A stretch of DNA of 64,000 bases from contig OY970232.1 of the NCBI GenBank assembly GCA_963714115.1, positions 3,625,997-3,689,996 on the forward strand, in the 5' to 3' direction. Positions 29,239-38,937 of the stretch are shown here, in pieces. The translations under genes were made by a program, and so were the position numbers. The stretch is from an uncultured Solirubrobacterales bacterium (GTDB lineage: Bacteria > Actinomycetota > Thermoleophilia > Solirubrobacterales > Solirubrobacteraceae). Under the pieces are notes generated by a model. It was not told the DNA's origin. It saw only the letters and a program-made list of their open reading frames with translations, and did not search any database. The first letter of the stretch is position 1, and every line of letters begins with the position of its first letter.

Positions 29239-30174
29239 CTAGGCCGTCGACCCGGCGAACGCCGCCAGCTTCTCCGGCGAGTCGGCCGCGAAGACCTCCA
29301 CGTCGCTGTCGATCTGACGCACCAACCCCCCCAGCACCCGCCCGGGCCCGAGCTCGAGGACCCTCGTGCAGCCCTCCCCCACGAGTGTCTGCACGCAGTC
29401 CACCCAGAGCACCGGGCTCGCGATCTGGGCCACCAGGGCCTGGCAGACCTCCTCGCCGGTCCTGATCACGGTGCCGGAGGCGTTGGCGACCAGCGGGACC
29501 GTGGGGTCCTTCCAGGTGAGCTTGTCCATCGCCTCGGCCATCTCGCGCTGCACCGGCTCCATCAGAGCACTGTGGAAGGCGGCCGACACCTTCAGGCGCA
29601 CCGCCTTGCTGGCGCCCGCCTCCTCGGCCAGCTCGAGCAGCCGCTGCACACCCGCCTCCTCGCCGGAGACCACGGTCTGGCGGGGGCTGTTGAAGTTGGC
29701 TGGAGCCACCGTGCCCGCCTCGGCGGCCGTATCGCAAAGCGCCCGCACCTCCTCGGAGGGCAGGCCCACGATCGCGGCCATCCCGCCTGGGCGTTCCGAG
29801 CCGCAGTTGGCCATCAGCCGCCCGCGCAGCGAGACGAGCTCCATGCCATCCTCCAGGTCGAGCGCTCCCGCGGCCACCGCCGCCGTGTCCTCGCCGAGGC
29901 TGTGTCCGGCAACGAAGTCGGGCTCCAGACCCGACTCGCGCGCCAGCTCGTGGATCGCGAGCGAGAGCGCGAACAGCGCGGGCTGAGTCACATCGGTGCG
30001 GGTGAGCTCCTCGATCGGACCCTCGAGCGCGAGCTCCCGAATCGGCAGACCCGAGGCCTCGTCGGCCAGCGCGAAGTAGCGATCGAACAGCTCGGGGCGC
30101 GCCTCCAGGAGCCCTGCGCCCATGCCCACGCGCTGCGATCCCTGTCCGGGAAAAACAAATGCCGTTGCCCCCAT
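29239..30174 (-). CDS. fabD: Malonyl-CoA:ACP transacylase
   Basis: FVFPGQGSQ, TQPAL, AGHSLG, ANFNSPRQTVVSG, VSAAFHS, PVLW, ELGPG. Confidence 0.93.
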   Translation of the reverse strand: MGATAFVFPGQGSQRVGMGAGLLEARPELFDRYFALADEASGLPIRELALEGPIEELTRTDVTQPALFALSLAIHELARESGLEPDFVAGHSLGEDTAAVAAGALDLEDGMELVSLRGRLMANCGSERPGGMAAIVGLPSEEVRALCDTAAEAGTVAPANFNSPRQTVVSGEEAGVQRLLELAEEAGASKAVRLKVSAAFHSALMEPVQREMAEAMDKLTWKDPTVPLVANASGTVIRTGEEVCQALVAQIASPVLWVDCVQTLVGEGCTRVLELGPGRVLGGLVRQIDSDVEVFAADSPEKLAAFAGSTA

Positions 30175-30176
30175 GT

Positions 30177-30689
30177 TCAGTGCTCCTTGGTCGTCTCGGT
30201 GTGGATCTCGCGCAACCGGCTGGTGTCGACGTCGTAGACGAAGCCGCGCACCATGTCGCGGTGTAGCAGGAACTGAGATTGGCGGACGCGCAGGATCGAT
30301 TGGCGCACGTCGGCCTCGACGTCGGTGAAGGACTCGATCGCAAACGCCGGCGCCACGCCGGTCGCCTGCAGCAGCTCGGCGCGAAACCCGTCGTCGGTGA
30401 GTGTCTGCATGCCGCAGTTGGTGTGGTGGATCAGCATCACCTCGCGCGTGCCCAGCCGACGTTGGGAGACCGCCAACGAGCGGATCACGTCATCGCTCAC
30501 CACCCCGCCCGCGTTGCGCAGGATGTGCGCCTCGCCACCCCCCAGGCCAAGCGCCGCGAAGACGTCGATGCGGGAGTCCATGCACGTCACGATCGCCAGC
30601 CGGCGGGTCGGGCGCACGTCGAGGTGCTCGGTGGGCCTCGCCGCCGCGAATGCCTCATTGTTGGCCAGCAGCTCGTCGATCGCGTCCAT
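30177..30689 (-). CDS. Beta-class carbonic anhydrase
   Basis: IVTCMDSR, LRNAGG, IHHTNCG Zn ligands; -10-like TAGGGT 7 nt upstream (leaderless). Confidence 0.92.
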   Translation of the reverse strand: MDAIDELLANNEAFAAARPTEHLDVRPTRRLAIVTCMDSRIDVFAALGLGGGEAHILRNAGGVVSDDVIRSLAVSQRRLGTREVMLIHHTNCGMQTLTDDGFRAELLQATGVAPAFAIESFTDVEADVRQSILRVRQSQFLLHRDMVRGFVYDVDTSRLREIHTETTKEH

Positions 30690-30829
30690 CGCAGGAACCC
30701 TAGCCGGATCCAGGTAGGCTTGGCCCCTCGTGCGACTCGAGAACGTCTTTGGACATGGGCCTGCCGGTCCCCCGAAAGCCGTTCTCAGAAGGTGCTTGGC
30801 AATGGGTGGTGTTCTCAGAGGAGGGTGTC

Positions 30830-31567
30830 TTGGATCTCGGGCTTAACGGAAAGCGAGCGCTCGTCACGGGCGGCTCGCGCGGTATCGGACGTGCGCTGGT
30901 GTTGGGACTAGCCCAGGGAGGCGCCTCGGTTGGGGCCTGCTACAACCGCGAGTCCGACGACGTGGAGCGCCTGCGCGGCGAGCTGCAGCAGATCGGCGGC
31001 GCGAGCTTCCTCGCGCAGGCCGACCTCTCAGACCCCGCGTCGGCTGAGGCTTTCGTGCGCGACACCAGCGAGCGCTTCGGGGGCCTTGACATCGTCATCA
31101 ACAACGCCGGTGTGGTGAGCCACGCGATGATCGAGCAGCTCGAGCTCGAGGAGTGGCACCGGGTGATCGACACCAACCTGACCGCCGTCTACCTCGTCAG
31201 CAAGGCCGCCCTTCCCGTCATGGGAGAGGGAGGATCGATCGTCAACATCACCTCCGCGGTCGCGATGCGCGGGATGCCGGGGCGCGTGCACTACATCTCA
31301 TCCAAGGCCGGGCTGATCGGCCTGACGCGCGCCCTCTGCAAGGAGGTCGGCAAGCGCGGCATCCGCGTCAACGCGCTCGCGCCCGGCATCATCGAAACCG
31401 ACCAGACCGGCGAGCTCGACGAGGCCGGCCGCGCGCGCTACTCCGGCCTGGCGGCGCTCAACCGGCTGGGGCGCCCGGAGGAGATCGCCGACGTCGCGCT
31501 GTTCCTCGCCAGCGATCACGCGAGCTTCGTCTCCGGGGTGACGCTGAACGTGGACGGCGGGATCTGA
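30830..31567 (+). CDS. SDR ketoreductase (3-oxoacyl-ACP reductase-like)
   Basis: SD gaggagg + TTG; MDLGLNGKRALVTGGSRGIG, NNAG, YISSK. Confidence 0.9.
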   Translation: MDLGLNGKRALVTGGSRGIGRALVLGLAQGGASVGACYNRESDDVERLRGELQQIGGASFLAQADLSDPASAEAFVRDTSERFGGLDIVINNAGVVSHAMIEQLELEEWHRVIDTNLTAVYLVSKAALPVMGEGGSIVNITSAVAMRGMPGRVHYISSKAGLIGLTRALCKEVGKRGIRVNALAPGIIETDQTGELDEAGRARYSGLAALNRLGRPEEIADVALFLASDHASFVSGVTLNVDGGI

Positions 31568-31584
31568 GGGGCCAACGGCCCCTC
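31566..31584. terminator. Hairpin between convergent genes
   Basis: gaggggcc-aac-ggcccctc perfect 8-bp stem; no T tract. Confidence 0.45.
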
Positions 31585-31632
31585 CGGCGGCCGCGCGGGC
31601 CGAGACTCGGGAAGCTGACCGGGCCGCGCAGG

Positions 31633-31986
31633 CTAGGGCTTCGTGAGCCCCTCACCCGCCTCGTCCGAGGCGAACGAGCCGTTGAAGATCTCGCCCGTGA
31701 AGAGGTGAAGCTTGAAGTTCTCGGGGTCGTGGGCATCCGTGAAGAACTCCCCGAAGCGTTCGACCGCCCGCTTGTGGTACTCGGCCTCGGTGCTCGAGAG
31801 CAGCTCGTCCTCACCCTCCCAGAAGGTGATCGAGAGCGCCTTGCCCGACTCGGGGTCCACCAGCGAGAGCGCGCCCTTGAACCCCTCGCGCGCCATCGTG
31901 ACCGGTAGGACGTTCTCGTACCACAGTTTGAGGCCCTCCTGCACCCGTCCCTCGGGCGCCTGAACGTGGGTCACGCGACAGAACAC
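31633..31986 (-). CDS. ABM-like dimeric alpha/beta-barrel protein (paralog A)
   Basis: MFCRVTHVQ...AREGFKGALSL.D...GKALSITFWE; SD aaggggg. Confidence 0.8.
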   Translation of the reverse strand: MFCRVTHVQAPEGRVQEGLKLWYENVLPVTMAREGFKGALSLVDPESGKALSITFWEGEDELLSSTEAEYHKRAVERFGEFFTDAHDPENFKLHLFTGEIFNGSFASDEAGEGLTKP

Positions 31987-32035
31987 ATGCTCCCCCTTGT
32001 GTACGGGTTGGACGAGGTTGAAGCTCGCGCGGATC

Positions 32036-32395
32036 CTAGCGCTCCGCCGGTGGGGTTGCGATGCCCTCGCCCGCGTCGTCGGCTGCGTAGGCGCCGTTGA
32101 AGATCTCTCCGGCGAGGAGATGCAACTGCATGTTCTCGGGCTCGGGAGCGTTCGCGAAGAACTCCCCGAAGCGCTGGATCGCCTGCTCGTGGTACTCGGC
32201 CTCTTCCTGCGCCGCGTCCTCGCCCTCCCAAAGGCTGATCAGGAGCGCTTTGCCCGTGTCGAAGTCGGCCAGCGAGAGCGCGCCCTTGAACCCCTCGCGC
32301 GCCTGCATCGTCGGCAGGACGTTCTCCCGCCACAGTTCGAGGCCCTCATGCACCCGTCCCGCGGGCGCCTGGACATGGGTCACGCGACAGAACAC
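32036..32395 (-). CDS. ABM-like dimeric alpha/beta-barrel protein (paralog B)
   Basis: GTG at 32395; clearly homologous over its full length to 31633..31986. Confidence 0.8.
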   Translation of the reverse strand: MFCRVTHVQAPAGRVHEGLELWRENVLPTMQAREGFKGALSLADFDTGKALLISLWEGEDAAQEEAEYHEQAIQRFGEFFANAPEPENMQLHLLAGEIFNGAYAADDAGEGIATPPAER

Positions 32396-32498
32396 CTGCT
32401 CTCCGCTTCGTGGGCTGGACCGGATCGAGCTCGCGTCGATCCTAGACCATGGTGGGCGGGACCATCGGCGGCGAGCGCCGGCATGTAGGATCCCAGCG

Positions 32499-32858
32499 GT
32501 GGTGCGCGCGACCCTGCACATGACGGTCAAGGAGGGCCGCGGGCCGGACTTCGAACGGGCGTGGCAGGCGATCGCCGAGCAGGTCCGCACCGTCCCCGGG
32601 AACGTCCGCCAGACGCTCGCTCGCGACCCCGAGGACACCGACAGCTTCGTGGTGACCAGCGACTGGAGCAGCAGGGAGGTGTTCGGGGAGTTCGAGCGCA
32701 GCCCCGAGCAGGACGAGCTGACGGCGCCGCTGCGCGAGCTGCGCTCCTCGGCGCGCATGACAGTGCACGACGTACTCATCGACATAGAGGGTGGCGCAGG
32801 CGGCCGACCCCCGGCGAGCCGGGACCCTCTTCTTCAATCCGACGGAGGGGCGAGCTGA
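32499..32858 (+). CDS. Antibiotic biosynthesis monooxygenase (ABM) family protein
   Basis: VKEGRGPDFERAW...PGNVRQTL.RD...FVVTSDW..RE.F..FE; TAGGAT -10 7 nt upstream of GTG. Confidence 0.82.
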   Translation: MVRATLHMTVKEGRGPDFERAWQAIAEQVRTVPGNVRQTLARDPEDTDSFVVTSDWSSREVFGEFERSPEQDELTAPLRELRSSARMTVHDVLIDIEGGAGGRPPASRDPLLQSDGGAS

Positions 32859-33185
32859 ATGGCCGCACGTGTGATGGTTTTCGCCAAGATCAACCGTGAG
32901 GACGCCGATGCGTTCGAGACGGCGTATGCGCAGGTCACCGCCAACGTGAAAGGCACCGCCGGGCACATCGGCGACGAGCTGCTGCGACGCCGCGAGCCGA
33001 CGGACCCCGAGGGGGAGCCTCTCAGCTACATCCTGCTCAGCGAGTGGGAGAGCAAGGAGGCGTTCCTGGCGTGGGAGGAGTCGCTCGCCCATGTCGCCAA
33101 GCGCTCGCCGATGCACCCCTACTGGGCGGGGACCAACGAGCGGATCATCTACGACGTCGCCCACACGATCAAGCCAACTGCCTGA
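32859..33185 (+). CDS. ABM family protein
   Basis: AFETAY......GTAGHIGDELLR...YILLSEWESKEAFLAWE. Confidence 0.82.
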   Translation: MAARVMVFAKINREDADAFETAYAQVTANVKGTAGHIGDELLRRREPTDPEGEPLSYILLSEWESKEAFLAWEESLAHVAKRSPMHPYWAGTNERIIYDVAHTIKPTA

Positions 33186-33194
33186 GGGGATCTC

Positions 33195-33491
33195 ATGTAC
33201 GCGCGAGTCAACACCACCGAGTGGAACCCCGAGAAAGTCGACGCCGGCATGGAGCTGACGGAGGAGAAGATCATCCCCGCCTACCAAGAGCACCCGGGCT
33301 TTCGCGGCTACATCCTGCTGACCGAGCCCGACGGCGGTCCCCACGCGATCGCGATCACGCTGTGGGACAGTGAGGAGACCAGGGATTCGAGCGCCGGGAT
33401 CGCCCGCGCGATGGTTGGGGAGCTCAAGGACATCCTCCAGGCACCACCCAAAACCGACCACTACGACGTTCGCTTCTACGTGCAGGACTAG
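33195..33491 (+). CDS. ABM-like protein
   Basis: MYARV...[15 protein letters not shown]......[11 protein letters not shown]. Confidence 0.75.
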   Translation: MYARVNTTEWNPEKVDAGMELTEEKIIPAYQEHPGFRGYILLTEPDGGPHAIAITLWDSEETRDSSAGIARAMVGELKDILQAPPKTDHYDVRFYVQD

Positions 33492-33506
33492 GGAAAGGGG
33501 AGTGTG

Positions 33507-33878
33507 ATGGCGCAGTACTGGGCGCTCATGTGGGACATCAAGCCGGGATCGCAGGACGCGGTTCGCCAGGCCTTCAAGGAATACGGTCGTCCCGATCACA
33601 CCGTCCGCGACGAGGAGGGCAACGACGTCGGAACACTGCTCAGCACGCAGGTGTTCATGAAGGGCAACACTGTGGTCAGGGTGGTCGAGACGACCGACGA
33701 CGTGCCGCTGCCGGTGCTCGGCCAGCACATGGGGCGCCAGCCGGCGATCCGCGAGCTGGAGGACAAGCTCGACGAGCTCGTGGCCGAGCCCCGCGACATG
33801 TCCACCAGCGAGGGCGCGCGGGAGTTCTTCATGAAGAGCACGATGGAGCTGCTGGTCACGCGGCGGCACGACGAATGA
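33507..33878 (+). CDS. SchA/CurD-like domain protein (WhiE ORF I type)
   Basis: [10 protein letters not shown]...F..Y..PDH......[19 protein letters not shown]...[11 protein letters not shown]....PRD. Confidence 0.85.
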   Translation: MAQYWALMWDIKPGSQDAVRQAFKEYGRPDHTVRDEEGNDVGTLLSTQVFMKGNTVVRVVETTDDVPLPVLGQHMGRQPAIRELEDKLDELVAEPRDMSTSEGAREFFMKSTMELLVTRRHDE

Positions 33879-34786
33879 GCGCGGGGCCACCGTCCGGCCC
33901 GCCGGGGGGGCCGCCCGGACCGGGGGGGCAGTCGGGCCCGCCAGGGGGGCTATCCGGACCGCCCGGAGGACCGCCCGGCCCGCCGATCGTGGTCGACGAG
34001 CAGCGCGCGGCCGACTTCGCGTCCCTGTTTCGCCTCGACGGCCGGCGCGTGATCCTGGTCGGCGGCTACGGCGGCATCGGCGAGGTCACCACCCGCCTGT
34101 TCGCGGAGTGCGGCGCCGAGCTGATGATCGCGGGACGCTCCCAGGAGAAGGCGCAGGCGCTCGCCGAGGAGCTCACCGGGGCGGGGCACGTCGCGCACGG
34201 CACGCGCGTGGACATCTCCAGCCGCGCGAGCGCACGCGAGCTGGTCGAGCAGTGCCGGCGCGAGCTGGGCGGGGTTGACGTGCTCGTGAACCTCGCCGGG
34301 ATCGACATCGAGGCGCCGGCGGAGCGCTTCGAGGAGGAGGCGTGGGACTCGCTCCTCGGGATCAACCTCTCGGGCGCCTTCTGGCTCTCCCAGGCGGCCG
34401 GCGAGGCGATGATCGACTCCGGACGCGGGGGACGCATCGTGCACTACTCGACCACCCGCAGCGTCGCGGGCGCGCGTCGGGGCTTCGCTGGGTACGCCGC
34501 CAGCAAGGCCGGTCTCAACGGCCTCATCCGCCAGCTCGCCACGGAGTGGGGCAGGCACCGCATCACCGTCAACGGGGTCGCGCCGGGGTTCGTCCCCACC
34601 GAGCTCGTGCGCGAGGCCGCCGCCGATGATAGGTTCGTCGCGATGATGCTCGGGCGGATCCCCTTCGGGCGCTTCGGCGAGCCGGTCGAGCTGGCGAGCG
34701 CGACGCTGTTCCTCGCCTCCCCCGCGGCGAGCTTCATCACCGGGCAGGTCCTGTTTGTCGACGGCGGCGTGACCGCGAGCTCTTAG
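33875..34786 (+). CDS. SDR oxidoreductase with N-terminal GPPG low-complexity tract
   Basis: ATGA overlap; [32 protein letters not shown]. Confidence 0.88.
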   Translation: MSAGPPSGPPGGPPGPGGQSGPPGGLSGPPGGPPGPPIVVDEQRAADFASLFRLDGRRVILVGGYGGIGEVTTRLFAECGAELMIAGRSQEKAQALAEELTGAGHVAHGTRVDISSRASARELVEQCRRELGGVDVLVNLAGIDIEAPAERFEEEAWDSLLGINLSGAFWLSQAAGEAMIDSGRGGRIVHYSTTRSVAGARRGFAGYAASKAGLNGLIRQLATEWGRHRITVNGVAPGFVPTELVREAAADDRFVAMMLGRIPFGRFGEPVELASATLFLASPAASFITGQVLFVDGGVTASS

Positions 34787-34787
34787 C

Positions 34788-35741
34788 GTGTCCTCTGCGC
34801 CAACCGACAAGCAGCGGATCGCGTTCATCGGCCTAGGCGTTATGGGCAACGGCATGGCCTGCCGACTGGTCGAGTCGGGGTATGACCTCGCCGTCTACAA
34901 CCGCACGCGCTCGAAGACCGAGGAAATCGCGGGACTCGGCGCGCGCGTCGCCGACTCCCCGGCGGACGCGGCACGCGAGGCCGACGTGGTGATGCTGAGC
35001 CTCGCCAACCAGGAGATCGTCGGGCGGATGCTGTTCGATACGGACGGGGTCTTCGAGACCCTCGGGGAGGGTGGCTACATCCTCGACATGAGCACCGTTC
35101 CGCCCGACTTCCCCCGCGAGCTCGCGGCGCGCGCCCGGGAGGCGGGCTACCACGCGCTCGACGCCTGCGTGCTCGGCAACCCGATGCACGCCAGGAGCGG
35201 CGAGATGCGGGTCATGGCCGGCGGCGAGGAGCAGGACTTCCGGGCGGTCGAGCCCCTGCTGGGGGTGCTGGGCAAGGAGGTGACCTATCTCGGCGCCAGC
35301 GGCATGGGCGCGACGATGAAGCTGGTCCTCAACATGCTGATGGGAGTGCAGATGCCCGCGCTCGCCGAGGCGGTGGTGTTTGGCGAACGCGCCGGGCTGG
35401 CGCGCGAGCAGGTGCTGGAGATGATCTCCAAGAGCGGCTACAGCTCGCCGGTGATGGGCTTCCGCTGCGCGATCATGGGTCAGCGCAACTTCGAGTTCGC
35501 TGCCTTCAAGCTCGGGCTGATGCGCAAGGACATGACGCTTGTGCTCGGTGAGGCCCAGAAGGCGGGCGTGCCGATGCCCGTCACCGAGAGCGCCCACGCG
35601 ATGCTCACCGCCGCCCAGCAGCAGGGGCTCGGCGACCTCGACGTCGCCGCGATGCTGGCCTTCCAGGAGCGGATGTCGGGGGTGCACGAGTACCCCTGGC
35701 CCGGCGCCGAGCCCGCCGAGGACGGTGGGGCGACGTCGTGA
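34788..35741 (+). CDS. NAD(P)-dependent beta-hydroxyacid dehydrogenase / imine-reductase-like oxidoreductase
   Basis: IAFIGLGVMG..MA, VYNRT, DMSTV, GATMKLVLN, LMRKDM. Confidence 0.88.
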   Translation: MSSAPTDKQRIAFIGLGVMGNGMACRLVESGYDLAVYNRTRSKTEEIAGLGARVADSPADAAREADVVMLSLANQEIVGRMLFDTDGVFETLGEGGYILDMSTVPPDFPRELAARAREAGYHALDACVLGNPMHARSGEMRVMAGGEEQDFRAVEPLLGVLGKEVTYLGASGMGATMKLVLNMLMGVQMPALAEAVVFGERAGLAREQVLEMISKSGYSSPVMGFRCAIMGQRNFEFAAFKLGLMRKDMTLVLGEAQKAGVPMPVTESAHAMLTAAQQQGLGDLDVAAMLAFQERMSGVHEYPWPGAEPAEDGGATS

Positions 35742-35796
35742 TCGCCGAAGGCCGGAGTGGCACCGTTGGGGCCATTGAGACTCGCGGAGCCACCTC

Positions 35797-36879
35797 GTGA
35801 TCATCGACGTCCACGGCCACATCACGCATCCCGAGCTGTTCAAGCGCTACCCGATGCCCCCCGCGCTGGCTGACATCGAGGGGATGCTCGACCGCAAGTC
35901 CCAGGCGGGGATCGACCTGACGATCGTCGGCAGCCCGGTGGGTTTCGGGACGATGAGCAAGCGCGGCCACGACAACTACGCGCAGTCGGCCGATGAGCTG
36001 AAGTCGTTTCACGAGTGGCTCGCCGAGACGGTGCGCAAGCACGCTCCGCGGTTGGCCGCCTACGCCTACACCAACCCGTTCGGTGACGAGGAGCTGCTCG
36101 AGCAGACCGTGCGGACCGTGAAGGACGGGGGGTTCGTCGGGCTGATCGTCAACACCAGTGTGGGCGGCGAGTATCTCGACTCGCCACGCGCCGACCAGTT
36201 CTTCGCGATGGCGGCCGAGCTCGGCAAGCCGGTCTTCCTGCACCCCCCCGCCGAGCCCGTCGGCAGCGAGCGCATCGAGGACTTCCGCTTGGTCGAGCAG
36301 GTCGGTCGGTTCATGGACGTCACGGTTGGCTTGGCGACGCTCGTGTTCTCGGGCCGGCTGGAGGAGCACCCCGACCTCGATGTCATCGCGGCCACGGCCG
36401 GTGGCGCGATCTCGCTGCTCGCGGGGCGCATGGATCAGGCCTACCAGCCGCGCCACTGGGGCGCCGGTGGCCCTCCCGGCGGTGGGCCTCCAGGCGGGCC
36501 TCCAGGCGGGCCTCCCGGTGGGCCTCCCGGCGGTGGCCCTCCCGGCGGGCCTCCCAGCGGTGGTCCGGCCAGCGGTGGCCCCGGTGGTGGCCCTCCCGGC
36601 GGCGGACCGCCGCCCATGGCCCAGTACACCAACAAGATCACCCAGCCCCCGAGTACCTATCTGCGGCGCGTGTACGTCGACACCGCCAACTCCAGCGTGC
36701 CCAACCACCTCGCCAACCTGGAGTTGATGGGTGCCGGTCGCATGCTGTTCGGCACCGACTCGCCGCCCCTGGCGACGCCACTGCAGGACGCGATCGCGAT
36801 GGTCGACGGTCTACCTATCTCAGCCGCCGAGAAGCAGGGCATCCTGGAGGACAATGCGCGGCGGCTGTTCGGGCTGTGA
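35797..36879 (+). CDS. Amidohydrolase-2 family protein (ACMSD/aromatic decarboxylase-like) with internal GGPP tract
   Basis: IIDVHGH, PVFLHP, VYVDT, MLFGTDSP, NARRLFGL. Confidence 0.88.
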   Translation: MIIDVHGHITHPELFKRYPMPPALADIEGMLDRKSQAGIDLTIVGSPVGFGTMSKRGHDNYAQSADELKSFHEWLAETVRKHAPRLAAYAYTNPFGDEELLEQTVRTVKDGGFVGLIVNTSVGGEYLDSPRADQFFAMAAELGKPVFLHPPAEPVGSERIEDFRLVEQVGRFMDVTVGLATLVFSGRLEEHPDLDVIAATAGGAISLLAGRMDQAYQPRHWGAGGPPGGGPPGGPPGGPPGGPPGGGPPGGPPSGGPASGGPGGGPPGGGPPPMAQYTNKITQPPSTYLRRVYVDTANSSVPNHLANLELMGAGRMLFGTDSPPLATPLQDAIAMVDGLPISAAEKQGILEDNARRLFGL

Positions 36880-36884
36880 TGTAG

Positions 36885-37388
36885 TCAGAATACGAGCAGG
36901 GCGATCACGACGATAATCGCGATCACCAGCGCGATCAGCAGCAGCGGCACGAGTATCACGACGGGACGCCGGGCTCGCGGCGGAAGCTTGATGAGGAGCG
37001 GCAGCAGGCGCATCCCCGTCGGAGATTTCATCAGCAGACGGACGGGCAGCGGTATGGTCGGGGGAGGACCGCCGGCCGGAGGGCTGGGAGGATCCTCAGC
37101 CGGGGGATCGGCAACCTCCGCTGGCTTGGGAGGTATCACGGTGCGATCCGACGCCTCCACCGGCGTGGGACGGATCACAGTACGGTCCGATGCCTCCTCC
37201 ACCGGCCTGGGTCGGATCACAGTGCGATCCGACGCCTCCACCGGCGTGGGACGGATCACAGTGCGGTCCGATACGTCCTCCCCCAGCCTGGGGCGGATCA
37301 CAGTGCGATCCGACGCCTCCACCGGCGTGGGGCGGATCACGGTGCGGTCCGACGCGTCCTCCACTGGGGGTTGTTCGCCATCGGCCAT
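36885..37388 (-). CDS. Small C-terminally membrane-anchored protein with six SDRTVI(R/P)P repeats
   Basis: ATG 37388; the repeats stay in frame (39/42-bp units); Pro-rich linker; terminal hydrophobic helix VVILVPLLLIALVIAIIVVIALLVF preceded by basic residues. Confidence 0.7.
   Translation of the reverse strand: MADGEQPPVEDASDRTVIRPTPVEASDRTVIRPRLGEDVSDRTVIRPTPVEASDRTVIRPRPVEEASDRTVIRPTPVEASDRTVIPPKPAEVADPPAEDPPSPPAGGPPPTIPLPVRLLMKSPTGMRLLPLLIKLPPRARRPVVILVPLLLIALVIAIIVVIALLVF
37129..37358 (-). repeat. Six tandem units, alternating 39 and 42 bp
   Basis: Core ggatcacRgtRcgRtccga recurs six times on the + strand. Confidence 0.92.
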
Positions 37389-37467
37389 GCTGAGTGGCAG
37401 CCTAGTGGTGCGACGAGGCGGCGTCAACTGCGCGGCAGTTGCTCGACCGCGTGCGCGAGACCACCGC

Positions 37468-38856
37468 TCATCCCGGCGGGGTGGCTGCGGCTGAATCGGG
37501 CGCCTCGGTCGCTCCGGCGTCGCTCGCCACACCGGCCTGCTCGTACACCGGCCAGCGGTACTGACGCTGGCGGCGGGCGTTCAGCGCGATGAGCCCACCG
37601 AACTCAGCGAGCAGCGCTCGCCGGTCGCACCCGGGCCGGGCGAAGGCCCGTCCCATCGCGGCGGCGAGGCGCGGCGGAGTGATGACCTGCGAGGGCTTCC
37701 CGCGGTGGCTGAAGAGGTTGATCAACGGCACCAATTCGCCCCGGGCAAGCAGCCGCTTGCCAACCTCGGGAAGCGCGGTGGGCGCTCTGCCCGCTTTGCC
37801 GATGTCGGTCGCCAGCCAGTAGTGCCCGATCGCATCGTCGTTGCGCCAGCGGCCCCACTCCACGAGCGCCTGGTCGAGTTCCCGATCGGAGCCCCCCAGG
37901 CCGCGGACGATCGGCTCGACGAGCTCCTCGCCCTGCCTGAATGCGTCCCCGATCCCCTGGCCCGCGGCGGGATCCTTGAAGTGACCGGCATCGCCGAGCA
38001 GCACCCAGCCGGCGCCGGAGGCCTCTCGGAAGAACCCCTGCCAGCGCAGCATCCCGAACATCTTTCCCACTCGGCGCGCCCCCGCGAGCGCCTCGGCCAC
38101 CGGTTGGCAGCTGTGGACGTGCTCGGTGTAGCTGCCCTCGAGGTCCTCCCGGTAGCGCGGGAGCTCGCTCAGCTCGGGCATCACCACCACCTGATACAGC
38201 CCGCTGTCCGACGGCGAGGCGATCACGAACCGCTCGCCCCAGCGATGCAGGACGAACGCCGGATCGGGGCCCGGCTCGGCGCCCTCGAAGAACGACCAGT
38301 AGGCGAACCGCTCGTTCCAGACCACGTTGTACTTGCGTGCCCCAACGCTGCTGGCGACCGTCGAGTTGCGACCGTCGGCGCCCACTACCAGTCGCGCCTG
38401 CAGGGTGCTCTGCGAGCCATCCTGCTTGACCCGCACGCCGGTCACCCTCCCGCCCTCCTTCACCACGCCCGTCACAGTCGCCCCCATGCGCATCTCAGCC
38501 CCAGCCTCGGCCGCGGCTTCGGCGAGGATCGGGTCGAGCATCAGGCGGCGCACCGACCTGAGCCCCCCGGCATCGCCTGGCTGCTGGGGGGTCGGCGCCT
38601 GAAATTGGAAGTCTTCGATGCGGAGGCTCACCATCCCCAGGCATGGCGCGCCGGTCGCCTGCAGCTTCTCCGTCACTCCGAGACGCTCCAGGGAGGCGAG
38701 CGCCTGGGCCTGGAAGAAGTGGGTTGAGAGCGTGTCGCGGGGGAACCTCGCCTTCTCCACCACCGCGACGCGCAGGCCTCGGCGCGCGAGCAGCGCCGCC
38801 AGCGGCGAGCCCGCGCAACGCGCGCCGACTACGACGACGTCGAAGCGCTCAGCGAT
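37468..38856 (-). CDS. FAD-dependent oxidoreductase (geranylgeranyl-reductase/hydroxylase-like); apparent non-canonical ATC start
   Basis: (I)AERFDVVVVGARCAG Rossmann motif, VGADGRNS, LLGDAGHFKDP..GQGI. An in-frame TGA at 38875-38877 leaves no ATG/GTG/TTG before the Rossmann motif. Confidence 0.8.
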   Translation of the reverse strand: MAERFDVVVVGARCAGSPLAALLARRGLRVAVVEKARFPRDTLSTHFFQAQALASLERLGVTEKLQATGAPCLGMVSLRIEDFQFQAPTPQQPGDAGGLRSVRRLMLDPILAEAAAEAGAEMRMGATVTGVVKEGGRVTGVRVKQDGSQSTLQARLVVGADGRNSTVASSVGARKYNVVWNERFAYWSFFEGAEPGPDPAFVLHRWGERFVIASPSDSGLYQVVVMPELSELPRYREDLEGSYTEHVHSCQPVAEALAGARRVGKMFGMLRWQGFFREASGAGWVLLGDAGHFKDPAAGQGIGDAFRQGEELVEPIVRGLGGSDRELDQALVEWGRWRNDDAIGHYWLATDIGKAGRAPTALPEVGKRLLARGELVPLINLFSHRGKPSQVITPPRLAAAMGRAFARPGCDRRALLAEFGGLIALNARRQRQYRWPVYEQAGVASDAGATEAPDSAAATPPG

Positions 38857-38937
38857 GCGAGCCTCGCAGACGGCTCACGGAACATGGGCTCACAGTCGGC
38901 ATCCCGCATGACCTGCTCGCAGGACGTCCGCGCATCT

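Noticed and set aside
37129-37358. Possible CRISPR array (also 4361-4490)
   Set aside because: The units are contiguous, in-frame coding repeats with recurring rather than unique spacers; no cas genes.
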